Shown here: piece after piece, positions 16,496 through 26,900 of the stretch
Layout of the letters: every line of letters begins with the position of its first letter
Numbering within the stretch: position 1 is the first letter of the stretch
Assembly: GCA_001767195.1 (NCBI GenBank)
Contig: MEKU01000080.1
Coordinates: 20,566 to 67,084 of the forward strand
Source: Acidobacteria bacterium RIFCSPLOWO2_02_FULL_67_21
GTDB taxonomy: Bacteria > Acidobacteriota > Vicinamibacteria > Vicinamibacterales > UBA2999
Length of the DNA: 46,519 bases
Direction of reading: 5' to 3'
Notes under the pieces: generated by a model
Seen by the model: only the letters and a program-made list of their open reading frames with translations
What the model was told of the DNA's origin: nothing
The model's database searches: none
Translations under genes and position numbers: made by a program

Positions 16496-17200
16496 ATGGC
16501 GACGTCAGATCATGCGAACACGACAGTCTCCCGGCGCAGCTTTCTTGCGGCCTGCGCGGCGCTTGACACCGTGGCCACCCATGACGGAGATCTCGATGCT
16601 GTCTGGCGAGAAGCGTTTGGCGAAGGCCAATTGCTTCCGGTCGGCACTCGCAGTTTGATTGCGCAGGGCGTCCTCGTTTTGCGGGAGTTCTCCAGCGGCC
16701 AATGCGAAGTGGTGTCGGGCCCGGAGATTCAAGGTTGTCGTAAAGCCTTGGTTGCAATGGCACTCGTAGAGCCCTTTATTCACGGATTTTCTGGGACTGC
16801 GACGCGGCCAAGAACGCAGCCTTCCCTGGTCAATGGTTGGGTGGAGGTCGAGGGCTGCGAGGTTCGACAGGTTGACTACCTGCCAAAAGGGCTTGAGGCG
16901 GTAACCCAGTTGCTCCGCACGATGAGCCCGCCTTCCGTAACCTTGGTCGGGGGAGTACACACTCCCGGTGGGTTTCTGCTCGTTCCAAACTTTCTTCCGA
17001 GCGTGAGGGCCCCGGACGTCGGATCAATGTACGTGGTATTCGGCGACGGCGGTTCACATCCGTGCATCCAGAGTGTCGATAAACCTGGTGAATGGATCCT
17101 TCCCAAGAGCGTGGACCAGCCCGGACTCTTCACGTTGCGCGCGTCCTGGTCCATTCGAACAGAAGCGGGCCCGGTAGAGAGAACTAGCGACAAGGCAGAA
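16496..17200 (+). pseudogene. Internal fragment of a large unknown protein
   Basis: Open, protein-like frame with atypical codon usage, no clear start, junctions at both ends. Confidence 0.45.
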
Positions 17201-17358
17201 CCTATCCACCTAGCCGCGTACGGGCCGCGCTGCCGACGTGCTATCCGGCATCCTCGTCGGCTGATTCGATCGCGGAACCTTACCTGAACGGCTCAGCGGT
17301 TGAGAACCTGACCACGCGCTCCTTCGAACGGCGTCGTGTGCTGTGGATGTGAATTAGC

Positions 17359-18171
17359 TCAAAAGGCGACGGTGACGCGCAGAAAGGTTGCACGAATCGA
17401 GGTGGCGCCTTTGACCTCGCTCGTGTTCTGGCCCTCGAAGAGAGCCTCGAGCTCCTTTTGAAGATCCGCGGCTTTGCCGCTCTGTTCTGCGGCGGCGAAC
17501 GCATTCATCGTGGGCCCGTAGTAGTTTCTGAAGTCAGCGACAAACGCAGATGGTGAGCCGGGAGGCCTAAAAGTATATGTGTCTCTGAAGAAGGAGATCT
17601 TCTCGGCTGGAACCCCCACCGCCGCAAATCGCTCGATCACGTTGCTCTCGATCCCCCACGTCATTGGACTGACAAAGCCCTCTGGCGGTGGCGGCGAGTA
17701 GGAGGAGCTGATTTTCAGAATCTGCGCGACCAGCGTCGGATCGCCAGGAATCCAGTTCCCCATGACGATGCGGCCGCCGGGCCTGGTCACGCGCACCATC
17801 TCCTTCGCCACGTCGAACGGTTTGGGCGCGAACATGGCGCCGAAGATGCTCACGACCAAATCGAAACTGTGATCGGCCAGTTCGCTCAAGTTGGTAGCAT
17901 CGCCTTCCTGGAACCGGCAGTTCGTCAGGCCTTCTTGCTGCGCGCGTTTGTTCCCGGCTTCTACAAGATTGCTCGCGATGTCGACGCCGAGGACGTCGGC
18001 GCCCAGCCTGGCCTCGGGCAGGGCCGTCGTTCCGTCGCCGCATCCCAGATCCAGCACCTTCAATCCCGGGGTAATGCCCAGTCCGGCGACGACCGCCTCT
18101 CCGCTCTCCCGCATGCTCGCCGCGATCCGCGTGAAGTCACCCTTTTCCCACAATGCCTTGTTCGGATTCAT
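17359..18171 (-). CDS. Class I SAM-dependent methyltransferase
   Basis: GGAGG RBS; MNPNKALWEKGDF, VLDLGCGDG, FDLVVSIFGAMFAP, TRPGGRIVMGNW. Confidence 0.92.
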   Translation of the reverse strand: MNPNKALWEKGDFTRIAASMRESGEAVVAGLGITPGLKVLDLGCGDGTTALPEARLGADVLGVDIASNLVEAGNKRAQQEGLTNCRFQEGDATNLSELADHSFDLVVSIFGAMFAPKPFDVAKEMVRVTRPGGRIVMGNWIPGDPTLVAQILKISSSYSPPPPEGFVSPMTWGIESNVIERFAAVGVPAEKISFFRDTYTFRPPGSPSAFVADFRNYYGPTMNAFAAAEQSGKAADLQKELEALFEGQNTSEVKGATSIRATFLRVTVAF

Positions 18172-18249
18172 GTGACGTTGTTCCTCCAGCGCAGCGCTTA
18201 GTGTAAGGCGATAAAATCTTGATGGCGACGTGACGTGTCGGATTTGCTG

Positions 18250-18451
18250 TCGGTCGCGCAACGCGACTTAAGAAGCCCTCGACAACGTCGTTAGCACTGC
18301 CTAAATCAACCCCGGCTACCATCACGAGTTCTTCGGGCGTTGCCGTGATGCGTTCGACCGGCACGTCGAGGTCTTCTGGTGCTCGCACGGCCAATACATA
18401 CTCGGCGAGCTTTTGGTTCCACTCACGGTAAATCCAGCGAAGCCAGTCCAA
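18250..18451 (-). pseudogene. N-terminal fragment of an unknown protein
   Basis: (M)DWLRWIYREWNQKLAEYVL...RITATPEELVMVAG...VEGFLSRV, then degenerates. Confidence 0.4.
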
Positions 18452-18759
18452 ATGTGTTTCGTCTCCGTCCGCGTGGTCTTTCGTAGGTCACGCTAGGGAC
18501 CCCCGGATTGAGCCTGCAGGCCGGAGTATAGCCGGATGAGCTTCGGTTGAGGCGAGGCCGAAGCATTGATTTGAACGCCTGAGCGCCGCCCAGCCCCGAG
18601 GCGTTCTATTTGGGCGAGGGCGCTCGGGCACGGACGATCTGCGTCAGGCAGGGCTGGAGTTCACATCCTACGCAAATTGCGTACTCATGATGTAGGCAAG
18701 GCGCCTCTGAATAGAGCGCAGCGCAGTTCGATTCGCGTGACGGTCGCCACGCCGACTCG

Positions 18760-18987
18760 TCATTGTCGAGATCGATGCGCATGACGCTTTCGGATCGAAA
18801 CGATGGCGGCGCCCTGCTTCGGTTTTTCGGTCAGGATCGCGGTAAGCGCCCGGTCCCACGCCTTTAGCGCCATCCGCTTTTCTGCATCGTAAGAATGCCG
18901 GTCATAGACGCGCGTCGCGCGGGCCCCGCCTTCAACATGGTTGAGTACCTTGGAAATGTGGTCTCGTGGGATTCCCGCCTCGGCCAT
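18760..18987 (-). pseudogene. C-terminal remnant of a tyrosine integrase
   Basis: AEAGIPRDHISKVLNH...TRVYDRHSYDAEKRMAL.AW: late His and catalytic Tyr region; HxxR and everything upstream are missing. Confidence 0.85.
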
Positions 18988-19044
18988 CCGCGCAGCGCAA
19001 ATCGTGTCCGCGGAAACATGCCACGCTGATTGACGCGACCGCGG

Positions 19045-19065
19045 AGTGCTACCCCAGTGCTACCC
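19045..19065. repeat. Tandem 10-bp direct repeat, arm-type integrase-site-like
   Basis: agtgctaccc-c-agtgctaccc, 8 nt from the att repeat. Confidence 0.6.
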
Positions 19066-19079
19066 GAGAAGTTGAAGGA

Positions 19080-19155
19080 TGGTGGACCTGACCGGGATCG
19101 AACCGGTGACCTCCTGAATGCCATTCAGGCGCGCTCCCAACTGCGCTACAGGCCC
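19080..19155 (-). tRNA. tRNA-Ala(GGC)
   Basis: GGGCCTGTAGCGCAGTTGGGAGCGCGCCTGAATGGCATTCAGGAGGTCACCGGTTCGATCCCGGTCAGGTCCACCA: 76 nt, anticodon GGC, G3:U70 pair, TTCGA loop, encoded CCA. Confidence 0.98.
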
Positions 19156-19226
19156 ACGTCGGGTAGGAAATTTCATCCTAACATGGCCTGTGTGACCTCG
19201 GGTGTCACCGCCCCCGGCTACAGTGC

Positions 19227-19448
19227 CTACGAGGCCGTCTCTACAGGGGAATGGCGGCGATGGGCCAGCGAGAGCCACTCCGTGAGCAGCTGCGCGGCTT
19301 CGTCCGGCGTCGGGCCGTAAAACGGCATCATCGCCGAGGGAACCCCCGGCGCGCGCAACAGCTGCGCCCGCCATCGGTTGCTGACGGGCATCACCTCGAT
19401 CAGGTACGTACGCCCGCCGATGGTTTGTTCGAAGCGATGAACGGTCAC
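19227..19448 (-). CDS. Small hypothetical protein
   Basis: GTG start; (M)TVHRFEQTIGGRTYLIEV...WRAQL...MMPFYGPTPDEAAQLLTEWL; host-like codon usage. Confidence 0.7.
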   Translation of the reverse strand: MTVHRFEQTIGGRTYLIEVMPVSNRWRAQLLRAPGVPSAMMPFYGPTPDEAAQLLTEWLSLAHRRHSPVETAS

Positions 19449-19610
19449 GTCGTGCTGTTTCTGAGTGAATGAGCGAGATGAGTAACGGCGCACGATCTTA
19501 CCCGTCGAGCGGTACCGATCAAGCGAAGCGCCACACGAAGGCGGCATCCGCAGCGCCTGCGGCGCCGGCCACAGAAGACAGCGCGCCGAAAAAAACTTTC
19601 GGCGCGCAGC

Positions 19611-19652
19611 TTCTCCACAAGTTTTACACGCTTCATCCACAGCTTTTCCACA
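19611..19652 (+). promoter_or_regulatory. Four DnaA-box-like 9-mers at exact 11-bp spacing
   Basis: ttctccaca (19611), ttttacacg (19622), tcatccaca (19633), ttttccaca (19644); each within 1 mismatch of TTWTNCACA. Confidence 0.7.
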
Positions 19653-19717
19653 CCTGCGTCCGGTATCGGATCGCGGCGGCCCGCAGAGGAGTAGAATGGG
19701 TCACCGCACCAACATCT

Positions 19718-21091
19718 GTGATCAAGAAGGTCTGCGTCTTCCTGTTCGTGTGGCTTGCGATTCCGTGCACGGCCGCGCCGGCGTCGGATGCCATGCTGCT
19801 CCGACTGTACCTCACCGACGGCAGCAGCATCGTCAGCTACGGCGAGTTTGCGCGCGTCGGCGAGCAGGTGATTGTCTCGATGGTGATGAGCGGCGCCGAC
19901 GAGCCGCGGCTGCACGCGGCCACGCTGCCGGCCAGCGCCATCGATTGGATGCGCACGGACCTTCATGCCGCATCGGCGCGGTATCAGTGGTACGCGCGCA
20001 CACGCGGCGAGGACGATTTCAGGCGATTGACCGACGACGTGGCGTCCGTGCTCAATACCGTCGTGTCGAGCAAAGACCGTGCCCGGGCCCTCGAGTTTGC
20101 CGAGAAGGCGCGCGCCACGCTGGCGGAGTGGCCCCGGCAGCATTACGGATACCGGCAGCGCGACGTCCGCGAAATTCTCGCTGTCCTGGACGAGGCCATC
20201 TCGGACCTTCGAGCGGCGACCGGTGCCAGCGCCTTCAATTTGTCGCTGGTCGCCGACCCGCCGGATGTTCCGCTCGAGCCGCTGGCGGTCCTCCCGACGG
20301 CTCGCGAGCAGATTGACCAGGCCCTGCGCGTCGCCGGCCTGACGGTCCGTCCGGCCGAGCGCGTCGCGCTGCTGCAGGCCGTCTTGCAGCTGCTCGATGA
20401 AGCCGGGGCCACGATTCCGTCGGGCGACGCGGCGGTCTGGCGGCGTTCGGCTGAGGCGGTCATCGCCGAGGAGCAGACCGTCGATGCGCGCTACGCGGAG
20501 ATGACGCGTCGCCTGATGACGGATGCGACACGCGGCGCGGCGCGTGCGCAGGTCACCTCGGTCGAGCGCGTGCTCAGCCGGATTCCCCGTGAGGACGCGC
20601 GGCTCGGACGCCGGCGTCCCGAGGTCATGCAGGCACTGTCCGCATCGGTCCAGGGACAGCTGGACGCGGCCCGGCGTCTCCGCCTTCTGCGGGACCAGTG
20701 GGCGATCCGGCGTTCGCTCTACACCGAGTACCAGCGGAAAGTCGGCGCTCAGGTAATCCAGCTCGTCAAAGCCCAGCCGGCGCTCGAATCGATCAGGCGC
20801 CTCGACGGTCCGCCGCCCGAAACACTTCTGACCGTTCAAGCGGGGTTGCGCGGCGGCGCTGAACGTCTGGACCGCGTCGATCCGCCCGTCGATCTTCGAA
20901 CCGCGCACGAGCTGCTCATCGGCGCGTGGCGGTTTGCGGAAAGCGCCGTGGCCGGACGGTTTCAGGCGGCCCGCACCGCCGACGTGCCGGCAGCCTGGGA
21001 GGCCTCCTCGTCCGCCGCCGGCGCGCTGCTGCTCCTGTCGCGGTTCCAGCAGGAGCTTCGCACGCTTCTGGAGCCCCCGCAGCTGCAGTGA
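19718..21091 (+). CDS. Hypothetical protein with signal peptide, largely alpha-helical
   Basis: (M)IKKVCVFLFVWLAIPCTAAPASDA signal; LRLYLTDGSSIVSYGEFARVG; stop overlaps the addB-like GTG. Confidence 0.75.
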   Translation: MIKKVCVFLFVWLAIPCTAAPASDAMLLRLYLTDGSSIVSYGEFARVGEQVIVSMVMSGADEPRLHAATLPASAIDWMRTDLHAASARYQWYARTRGEDDFRRLTDDVASVLNTVVSSKDRARALEFAEKARATLAEWPRQHYGYRQRDVREILAVLDEAISDLRAATGASAFNLSLVADPPDVPLEPLAVLPTAREQIDQALRVAGLTVRPAERVALLQAVLQLLDEAGATIPSGDAAVWRRSAEAVIAEEQTVDARYAEMTRRLMTDATRGAARAQVTSVERVLSRIPREDARLGRRRPEVMQALSASVQGQLDAARRLRLLRDQWAIRRSLYTEYQRKVGAQVIQLVKAQPALESIRRLDGPPPETLLTVQAGLRGGAERLDRVDPPVDLRTAHELLIGAWRFAESAVAGRFQAARTADVPAAWEASSSAAGALLLLSRFQQELRTLLEPPQLQ

Positions 21092-23988
21092 CGCAGGTCA
21101 CCGCCCGCACGACGCGGCTCGTGCGGGCGCCGGATCTCGCCGCCTTCCGGCACGAGGCGGTGGCGCTGGCCTGCGAGGGGACCGCCGCCGACGTCGGTGA
21201 CCGACTGGTGGTGGTGCCCACCCGCGCCGCGGCCGCCTACCTGACCCGTGCCATCGAGCGGCGCCTGCTCGGCGAAGACCAGGCGCTTCTCCTGCCGGCG
21301 TTCGTCACGCGTGCCGAGCTGCATCGGCGGCTGGCCGAGCGGCTTCCGGGCGAGCTGCGGCAGCTTGGCAATCCGGAAAGGGAGGTGCTGATGGCCGTCG
21401 CCTGCCGCCGTGCCATCCGCGACGGCGCGGTCCCGCCGTTTCAGCTGCGGCCAGGACTGGTCGGCGAAATCGTCGACTTCTTCGACACGCTTCATCGCAA
21501 CCTCAAACCGGTCGACGCATTCGAGCGGCTCGCGCTCGGAGCTCTGGAGCCAGGGGCCGGCGACGATCGGGGCGCCGAACGGCTGATCCACCAGACCCGC
21601 TTTCTCGCCGCCGCGTTCCGGCATTTCGAGCGGCTGTGCGAAGAGACGGGGGCGCCCGACGAACACCGGCTTCGCGCCATGCTGATCCGTGAGCCCAGCC
21701 CGCGTCCCTGGAGACATGTGGTCCTTGCCGTGGGTGACCGAGCGGGCGACGAGTACGGCCTCTTTGCGGCGGACTGGGACCTGCTGGCGCGGCTTCCGGG
21801 CCTCGAACGAATCGACGTGCTGGCGACCGACGCCACGATAGCGGGCGCGTTCCATGAACGCATCCATCACGTGCTTCCAGGCATCGAAGAGACCCGCGCG
21901 GACTCGGCCGCCCCATCACCGTCGCCGCGGCTGCTCGTGCCTCCCGGCGGTGCCAGCGTGCACCCGGCGCGGGATCGCGAGGACGAGGTGGCAGGCTTTG
22001 CGCGATGGGTGCGGCACGAGCGGTTGCCCTTGGAGGACACCGCGCTGGTCGTCCGGCGCCCGCTCCCCTACGCGTACATCACACGCGAGGTACTCCGTTC
22101 CGCCGGGGTGCCGCTGCAGATGTGGGATACGCTTCCGCTGGCCGCCGAGCCCTTTGCGGCGGCAATCGACCTGGTGTTTGCGTGTGTGGTCCGCAATTGT
22201 GCGCGTGGACCGGCCGTCGAGCTGCTTCGCTCGCCGCATTTCAACTCTGGGCTGCCGCCGCGCTCGATTGCCCGCCTCGAACGTGCGCTCAGCGAAGCGG
22301 GCTATGCCGGAGGGCTGGATGCCCTGGAGGTCCTGCTCCGGACATGGGAACAGGTTGCGCCCGAACGCTCGGACGTCCTGCTCGAGGGCGCGCGAGTGCT
22401 GCGTACGGTGGCGGCGGAGCTGGCGCCGCTCCGGGAGCCGGCCCCTTGCCACCTTCATCTCGATCGCGTCCTCGCGTTCATTCAGGCGCGCGAGTGTCTG
22501 CCGGCTGCCGGAGACCCGCTGCGGCCACGCCTGCTGCGCGGCCGTGCGGCGATCCTCTCGGTGCTCACGGGCCTTCGGGATGCGCATGCGAGATTCGACG
22601 AGGAGGCCGTCGACTTCGAGACGGTAGCCGCCCTGGTCAAACGTTCGATTGAGGCTCGCACGTTTGCACCGCGGACTGGGGAAGGCGGCGTCCATCTCAT
22701 CGACGCCGGCAGCGCGCGCTTCGGCGACTTCGCGCACGTGCAGCTTGCCGGCCTGGTGGACGGCGAATGGCCGGAGAATCCCAGGCGCAACATCTTCTAC
22801 CCGCCGTTTCTGCTCCGCGATCTGGGCTGGCCCCCGGAGTCCGAACGGCTCGATGCCGCGCGGGCTGCGTTCACCGATCTGCTGCGCCTGCCGTCCGAGC
22901 AGCTCGTGATGTCCACGTTTTCGCTCGAGGGCGACGCGCCGGTCTCGGTCTCGACGCTGGTCGATCTGGCCGCTGCTTCCGGGCTCGATAGCCGCGAATG
23001 CACGATCCCGCAGGACCGCATCTTCGAGCAGGAAGCGGTCGCGCTCGATCCGGTCGACATGCGGCCCCTTGGTGCCGCGGCGCGGGCGGCCGTGTGCCGT
23101 CGGATCGAGGCGGCCGCCCGTCCGGGTCGCCGCGCAGGCGCCACCAGCGGCCACCGCGCGTCGGCGTACTCGGTCAGCTCTCTCGAACGGTACCAGGATT
23201 GCCCCTTCAAGTTTTTCGCAGCCAACGTGCTGCGGATACCCGAGCCCTCCGACGATCGGGCGCGGGCGCCGCGGCTGCGGGGACAGTTCCTGCACCAGCT
23301 CTTCCAGCGCTTCTTCGAGGTCTGGGAGGCTCGCGGCGGGGGCACCGTCACCGTGGGCCGGATCGACGAGGCGCGAGCCCTGTTCGAGGAAGTGGCGGCA
23401 CCGGTGCTGGCGGAGCTGCCCGAAGCGGAAACGGCGCTCGAGCGCGCCGCGCTGTTCGGGTCGGCCGTCTCGCCAGGGACCGTCGACCTGGTCCTCGGGT
23501 TGGAGGCATCAGGACCGGAGGCGGTACTCGAGCGGCGGCTCGAATACCCCCTGAAGGGCGAGTTCTCGCTGGGCTCCGACGACGGCCGGCGGGTGGCGCT
23601 CAGGGGAGTCGCCGATCGGATCGACCTTCTCGCCGGCCGGCGTCTTCGCGTCATCGATTACAAGTCCGGCGTGGCGCCGAATCCCAAACGGGCGCTGCAG
23701 GTGCCGATCTACGCGCTGTGCGCCCTGGAAGATCTCGGCGAGGGCGACGGCAACTGGACCGTGCACGAGGCCATGTATGTCGCGTTCTCGGGCCGGCGCT
23801 CGCTCGTGCCCGTCGTGGATGCCGGCGCGGATCCGGATCCGCCGCTTGCGGCCGCACGCGACAGACTGCATGCGGTGCTCGACGGCGTGGAGCGGGGCGA
23901 ATTTCCGCCGCGCCCCCACGACATCCGCATCTGCAGCTACTGTGCCTATCCATCGGTGTGCCGGAAGGATTACGTCGGCGATGAGTAG
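21088..23988 (+). CDS. addB: AddB-like subunit: inactive helicase-like domain plus PD-(D/E)XK nuclease with Fe-S Cys motif
   Basis: SVSSLERYQDCPFKFFA, RGQFLH, LRGVADRIDL, VIDYKSG, LQVPIYA, CSYCAYPSVC. Confidence 0.85.
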   Translation: MTQVTARTTRLVRAPDLAAFRHEAVALACEGTAADVGDRLVVVPTRAAAAYLTRAIERRLLGEDQALLLPAFVTRAELHRRLAERLPGELRQLGNPEREVLMAVACRRAIRDGAVPPFQLRPGLVGEIVDFFDTLHRNLKPVDAFERLALGALEPGAGDDRGAERLIHQTRFLAAAFRHFERLCEETGAPDEHRLRAMLIREPSPRPWRHVVLAVGDRAGDEYGLFAADWDLLARLPGLERIDVLATDATIAGAFHERIHHVLPGIEETRADSAAPSPSPRLLVPPGGASVHPARDREDEVAGFARWVRHERLPLEDTALVVRRPLPYAYITREVLRSAGVPLQMWDTLPLAAEPFAAAIDLVFACVVRNCARGPAVELLRSPHFNSGLPPRSIARLERALSEAGYAGGLDALEVLLRTWEQVAPERSDVLLEGARVLRTVAAELAPLREPAPCHLHLDRVLAFIQARECLPAAGDPLRPRLLRGRAAILSVLTGLRDAHARFDEEAVDFETVAALVKRSIEARTFAPRTGEGGVHLIDAGSARFGDFAHVQLAGLVDGEWPENPRRNIFYPPFLLRDLGWPPESERLDAARAAFTDLLRLPSEQLVMSTFSLEGDAPVSVSTLVDLAAASGLDSRECTIPQDRIFEQEAVALDPVDMRPLGAAARAAVCRRIEAAARPGRRAGATSGHRASAYSVSSLERYQDCPFKFFAANVLRIPEPSDDRARAPRLRGQFLHQLFQRFFEVWEARGGGTVTVGRIDEARALFEEVAAPVLAELPEAETALERAALFGSAVSPGTVDLVLGLEASGPEAVLERRLEYPLKGEFSLGSDDGRRVALRGVADRIDLLAGRRLRVIDYKSGVAPNPKRALQVPIYALCALEDLGEGDGNWTVHEAMYVAFSGRRSLVPVVDAGADPDPPLAAARDRLHAVLDGVERGEFPPRPHDIRICSYCAYPSVCRKDYVGDE

Positions 23989-26900
23989 CGTGAGTCTGCC
24001 CTTTGACGCCGACCCGCGCGACGCCCGCATCGCGGCTCGTGATCAGGAGGCGCGGGCGCGGGCCGTTGACCCGCGCTTCAACGTGGCCCTCGAGGCCTCG
24101 GCCGGCACGGGCAAGACGCGAATCCTCGTCGACCGGTATATCAACCTGCTGCGGGCCGGCGTGGCCCCCGCAAACATTCTGGCCATCACCTTCACCCGCA
24201 AGGCGGCGGCAGAGATGCGTGACCGCATCATGGCGACGCTCCGCGCCGCGGCGGCGCGTGGAGAGATCGCGCCGGCGCGGTGGCGCGATCTGCGGGATCG
24301 CACGGCCGACATCGCCATCTCCACGATCGACGCGTTCTGTCTGTCGCTGCTGCGCGAGTTTCCGCTCGAGGCCGACCTGGAGCCGGGCTTCTCGCTCGCC
24401 GACGAATCCGAGCTGCCGAGGCTGCGCGACGAGGCGCTCGATGCCGCGGTGCACATCTGCCGCGCCGCGGCCCGCGCCGATGAGGACCTGACGCTCGTGT
24501 TCGCGCAGCTCGGGGAGCGCCGCGTACGGGCGGCGCTGGCGGCGCTGCTCGAACGCCGGCTTGTCGCTCCCCGTGTGCTGTCCGCGTTTCTGGCGCAGGG
24601 GCCGCCGCCCGCAGACGGCGCCGCCGCCAGCCTCAACGCGGCAGTGCGGCTCGGCGATGTCTTCGACGCCATGCGCGGCGGACTCGATCGGTTCGTCGAC
24701 ACAGGGCCGCTCCACGCGCGCTTCGACCTGCTCGTCCATGATCTTCGGGGCCTGCGGGGGGGGCGTCCGGGCCGGCCCGGGCTCGTGCAGGCGGTGTTCA
24801 CCCGGGTTCGCGCGCACTTCCTCACGCACGAGGGCCGTCCGCGCCGCCGGCAGCCGTTTCGCCGCGACCTTTTTGCCAGCGCCGCCGACTGGAACGCGCA
24901 CACCGCGCTCGTGGTGGAGCATGCGCCGGCCATCGCAGCCATCGACGCGGCCTATCGCCGCGACGTCAACGCGCTGCTCTCGCGGGGGATCCGGCGTATG
25001 TTCGCGATCGCGGCCGCGGAGTACCGGCGGACCCTGGATGCGCACGCCGCGCTGGACTTTCCGGATCTGCTGCTCCGTGCGCTCGAGCTCCTGCGCCGGA
25101 TGGACGAGTTCTCGCGAAGCCGCTACCGTCTCGAGTCGAGGTATCACCACGTGCTCGTCGACGAGTTTCAGGACACGAGCCGCGCACAGTGGGAACTGGT
25201 GTCGCTGCTCGTGCAGTCATGGGGTGAAGGCGCCGGGCTTGCCGCCACCGGGCCGCTGCAGCCGTCCATCTTCATCGTCGGCGACCGCAAGCAGTCGATC
25301 TACGGCTTCCGCGACGCCGACGTCTCCGTGCTGCGTGAGGCCGCGCGCCACATAGGGACCCTTCGTGGAGACCCGGACGTTCGCCGCGCCATCTCGCGCA
25401 GCTTCCGTGCGGCGCCGGCGCTGCTCGCGTTCGTGAATGATGTCTGCGAGGACATGCCGAAAGGCAGCGGCGACGAGGCGTTCCAGTATGAAGAGACGGA
25501 CCGCTTTCCACTGGAGCCACCGGCGCCGGATCCGGGGACGGCTCGGGCAGATCCCCCGATCGGTCTCGTGGCAGCCCCTGCGGTCGAAGAGTGCGCAGAA
25601 ATCACCGCCGCGGAAATTGCCCGTCTACTGACCGCGGCGGTCGAGATTCGCGACCGCGACACCGGGCTGCCGCGCCCGATATCGCCCGGCGACATCGCCA
25701 TCCTGTTTCGCTCGCGGGAGAGCCACCGCGAGTTCGAGGCGGCGCTCGCGCGCCGCCGGATCCGCGCGTCCGTCTACAACGGCCTGGGCTTCTTCGACGC
25801 CGACGAAGTCAAGGACGTCCTGGCGCTCATCGGGTATCTGGCGGATTCGGCATCGGATCTGCGCGCCGCGGCGCTGATGCGCTCGCGAGTCGTCGGGCTC
25901 TCGGACGAGGCGCTGCGCCTGCTGGCGCCCGCGCTTGCCGGGACGCTGGCGTGCGAGAACCCTCCGGACACCGCGCCGCTCCTCGCGCCGGCGGATCGCG
26001 CGGCCCTCACCGAGGCACAGACCGCGACGGCCCGCTGGCGCGCGCTTGCCGATCGGATGCCGCCGGCCGAGCTGGTCGATCTCGTGCTCAGCGAGTCGGC
26101 GTATGCATTCGAGTTGCGAGGGCCGCGGGTCGCACAGGCACGCGAGAATCTGAAGAAGCTTCGCGACTGGCTCCGGCGGCTCCAGAATCGCGGCTATGTG
26201 ACGTGCGCCCGGCTGGCGGCGCAGCTCGGCCGGCTCGCCGTGGGCGGCGAGGCCAATGCAGTCATGGATGCCGGTGACGCCGTCAGTCTGATGACCATTC
26301 ACGCGGCCAAGGGGCTCGAGTTCCCGGTCGTATTTGTGGTGAACCTGGGCCGCGGAACAGGCGGCCCGCGCGATTCCGTCCGGCTGTGGGGCGACGAGGC
26401 GGCGGCGGTCGCCGTGGGCGACTTTCAATCGGACGCCGACGCAGAACAGCCTGCGCGGGAGCGTGAGGAGACGAAGCGGCTTCTCTACGTCGCGTTGACA
26501 CGTGCGCGAGACCGGCTGTACCTCGGCGCAACGCTGAGAGAAGGTCGGGTTCCCGCATCCCGAGGCAGTCTCGCCGAGGTCCTGCCCTCCGCCCTCGTCG
26601 AGCGGCTTGGGGCGGCCGGACAGGACCTGGCGGTGTGGCGTGCCTCATCCGGCGTCGAACACGCGTTCCGTGTGTGTGATGCACGCGAACCGGGCGGCGC
26701 GCTGCCGCAGGGCGAGCTTCCCGAGCGTGAAGCTCCGGCGTGCGATTTCGCGGCGCTCCAAGCACCTTCGCCGGCACGCACCGTGGCGGCACTGGCAGAA
26801 GAGGGGTCGGAGCCCTTCGACGAGACGTCCCCGACCGATGATTCGGGCCGGCTTCTGGGTCTCATCGTTCATCGCCTCCTGCAGCGATATGGCTTCGATG

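Larger units (their letters stand above)
12962..19089. mobile_element. Decayed genomic island at tRNA-Ala 3' end
   Basis: 16-bp direct repeat gaaggatggtggacct at 12962-12977 and 19074-19089 (includes the last 10 nt of the tRNA); integrase remnant, TA genes and many fragments inside. Confidence 0.85.

Noticed and set aside
12962-19089. Integron cassette array or prophage
   Set aside because: No recurring attC-like palindromes between genes and no phage structural genes; junctions look like deletions.
19581-19700. Firm call of oriC
   Set aside because: No dnaA/dnaN/gidA context and no evident AT-rich unwinding element; kept only as a DnaA-box array.
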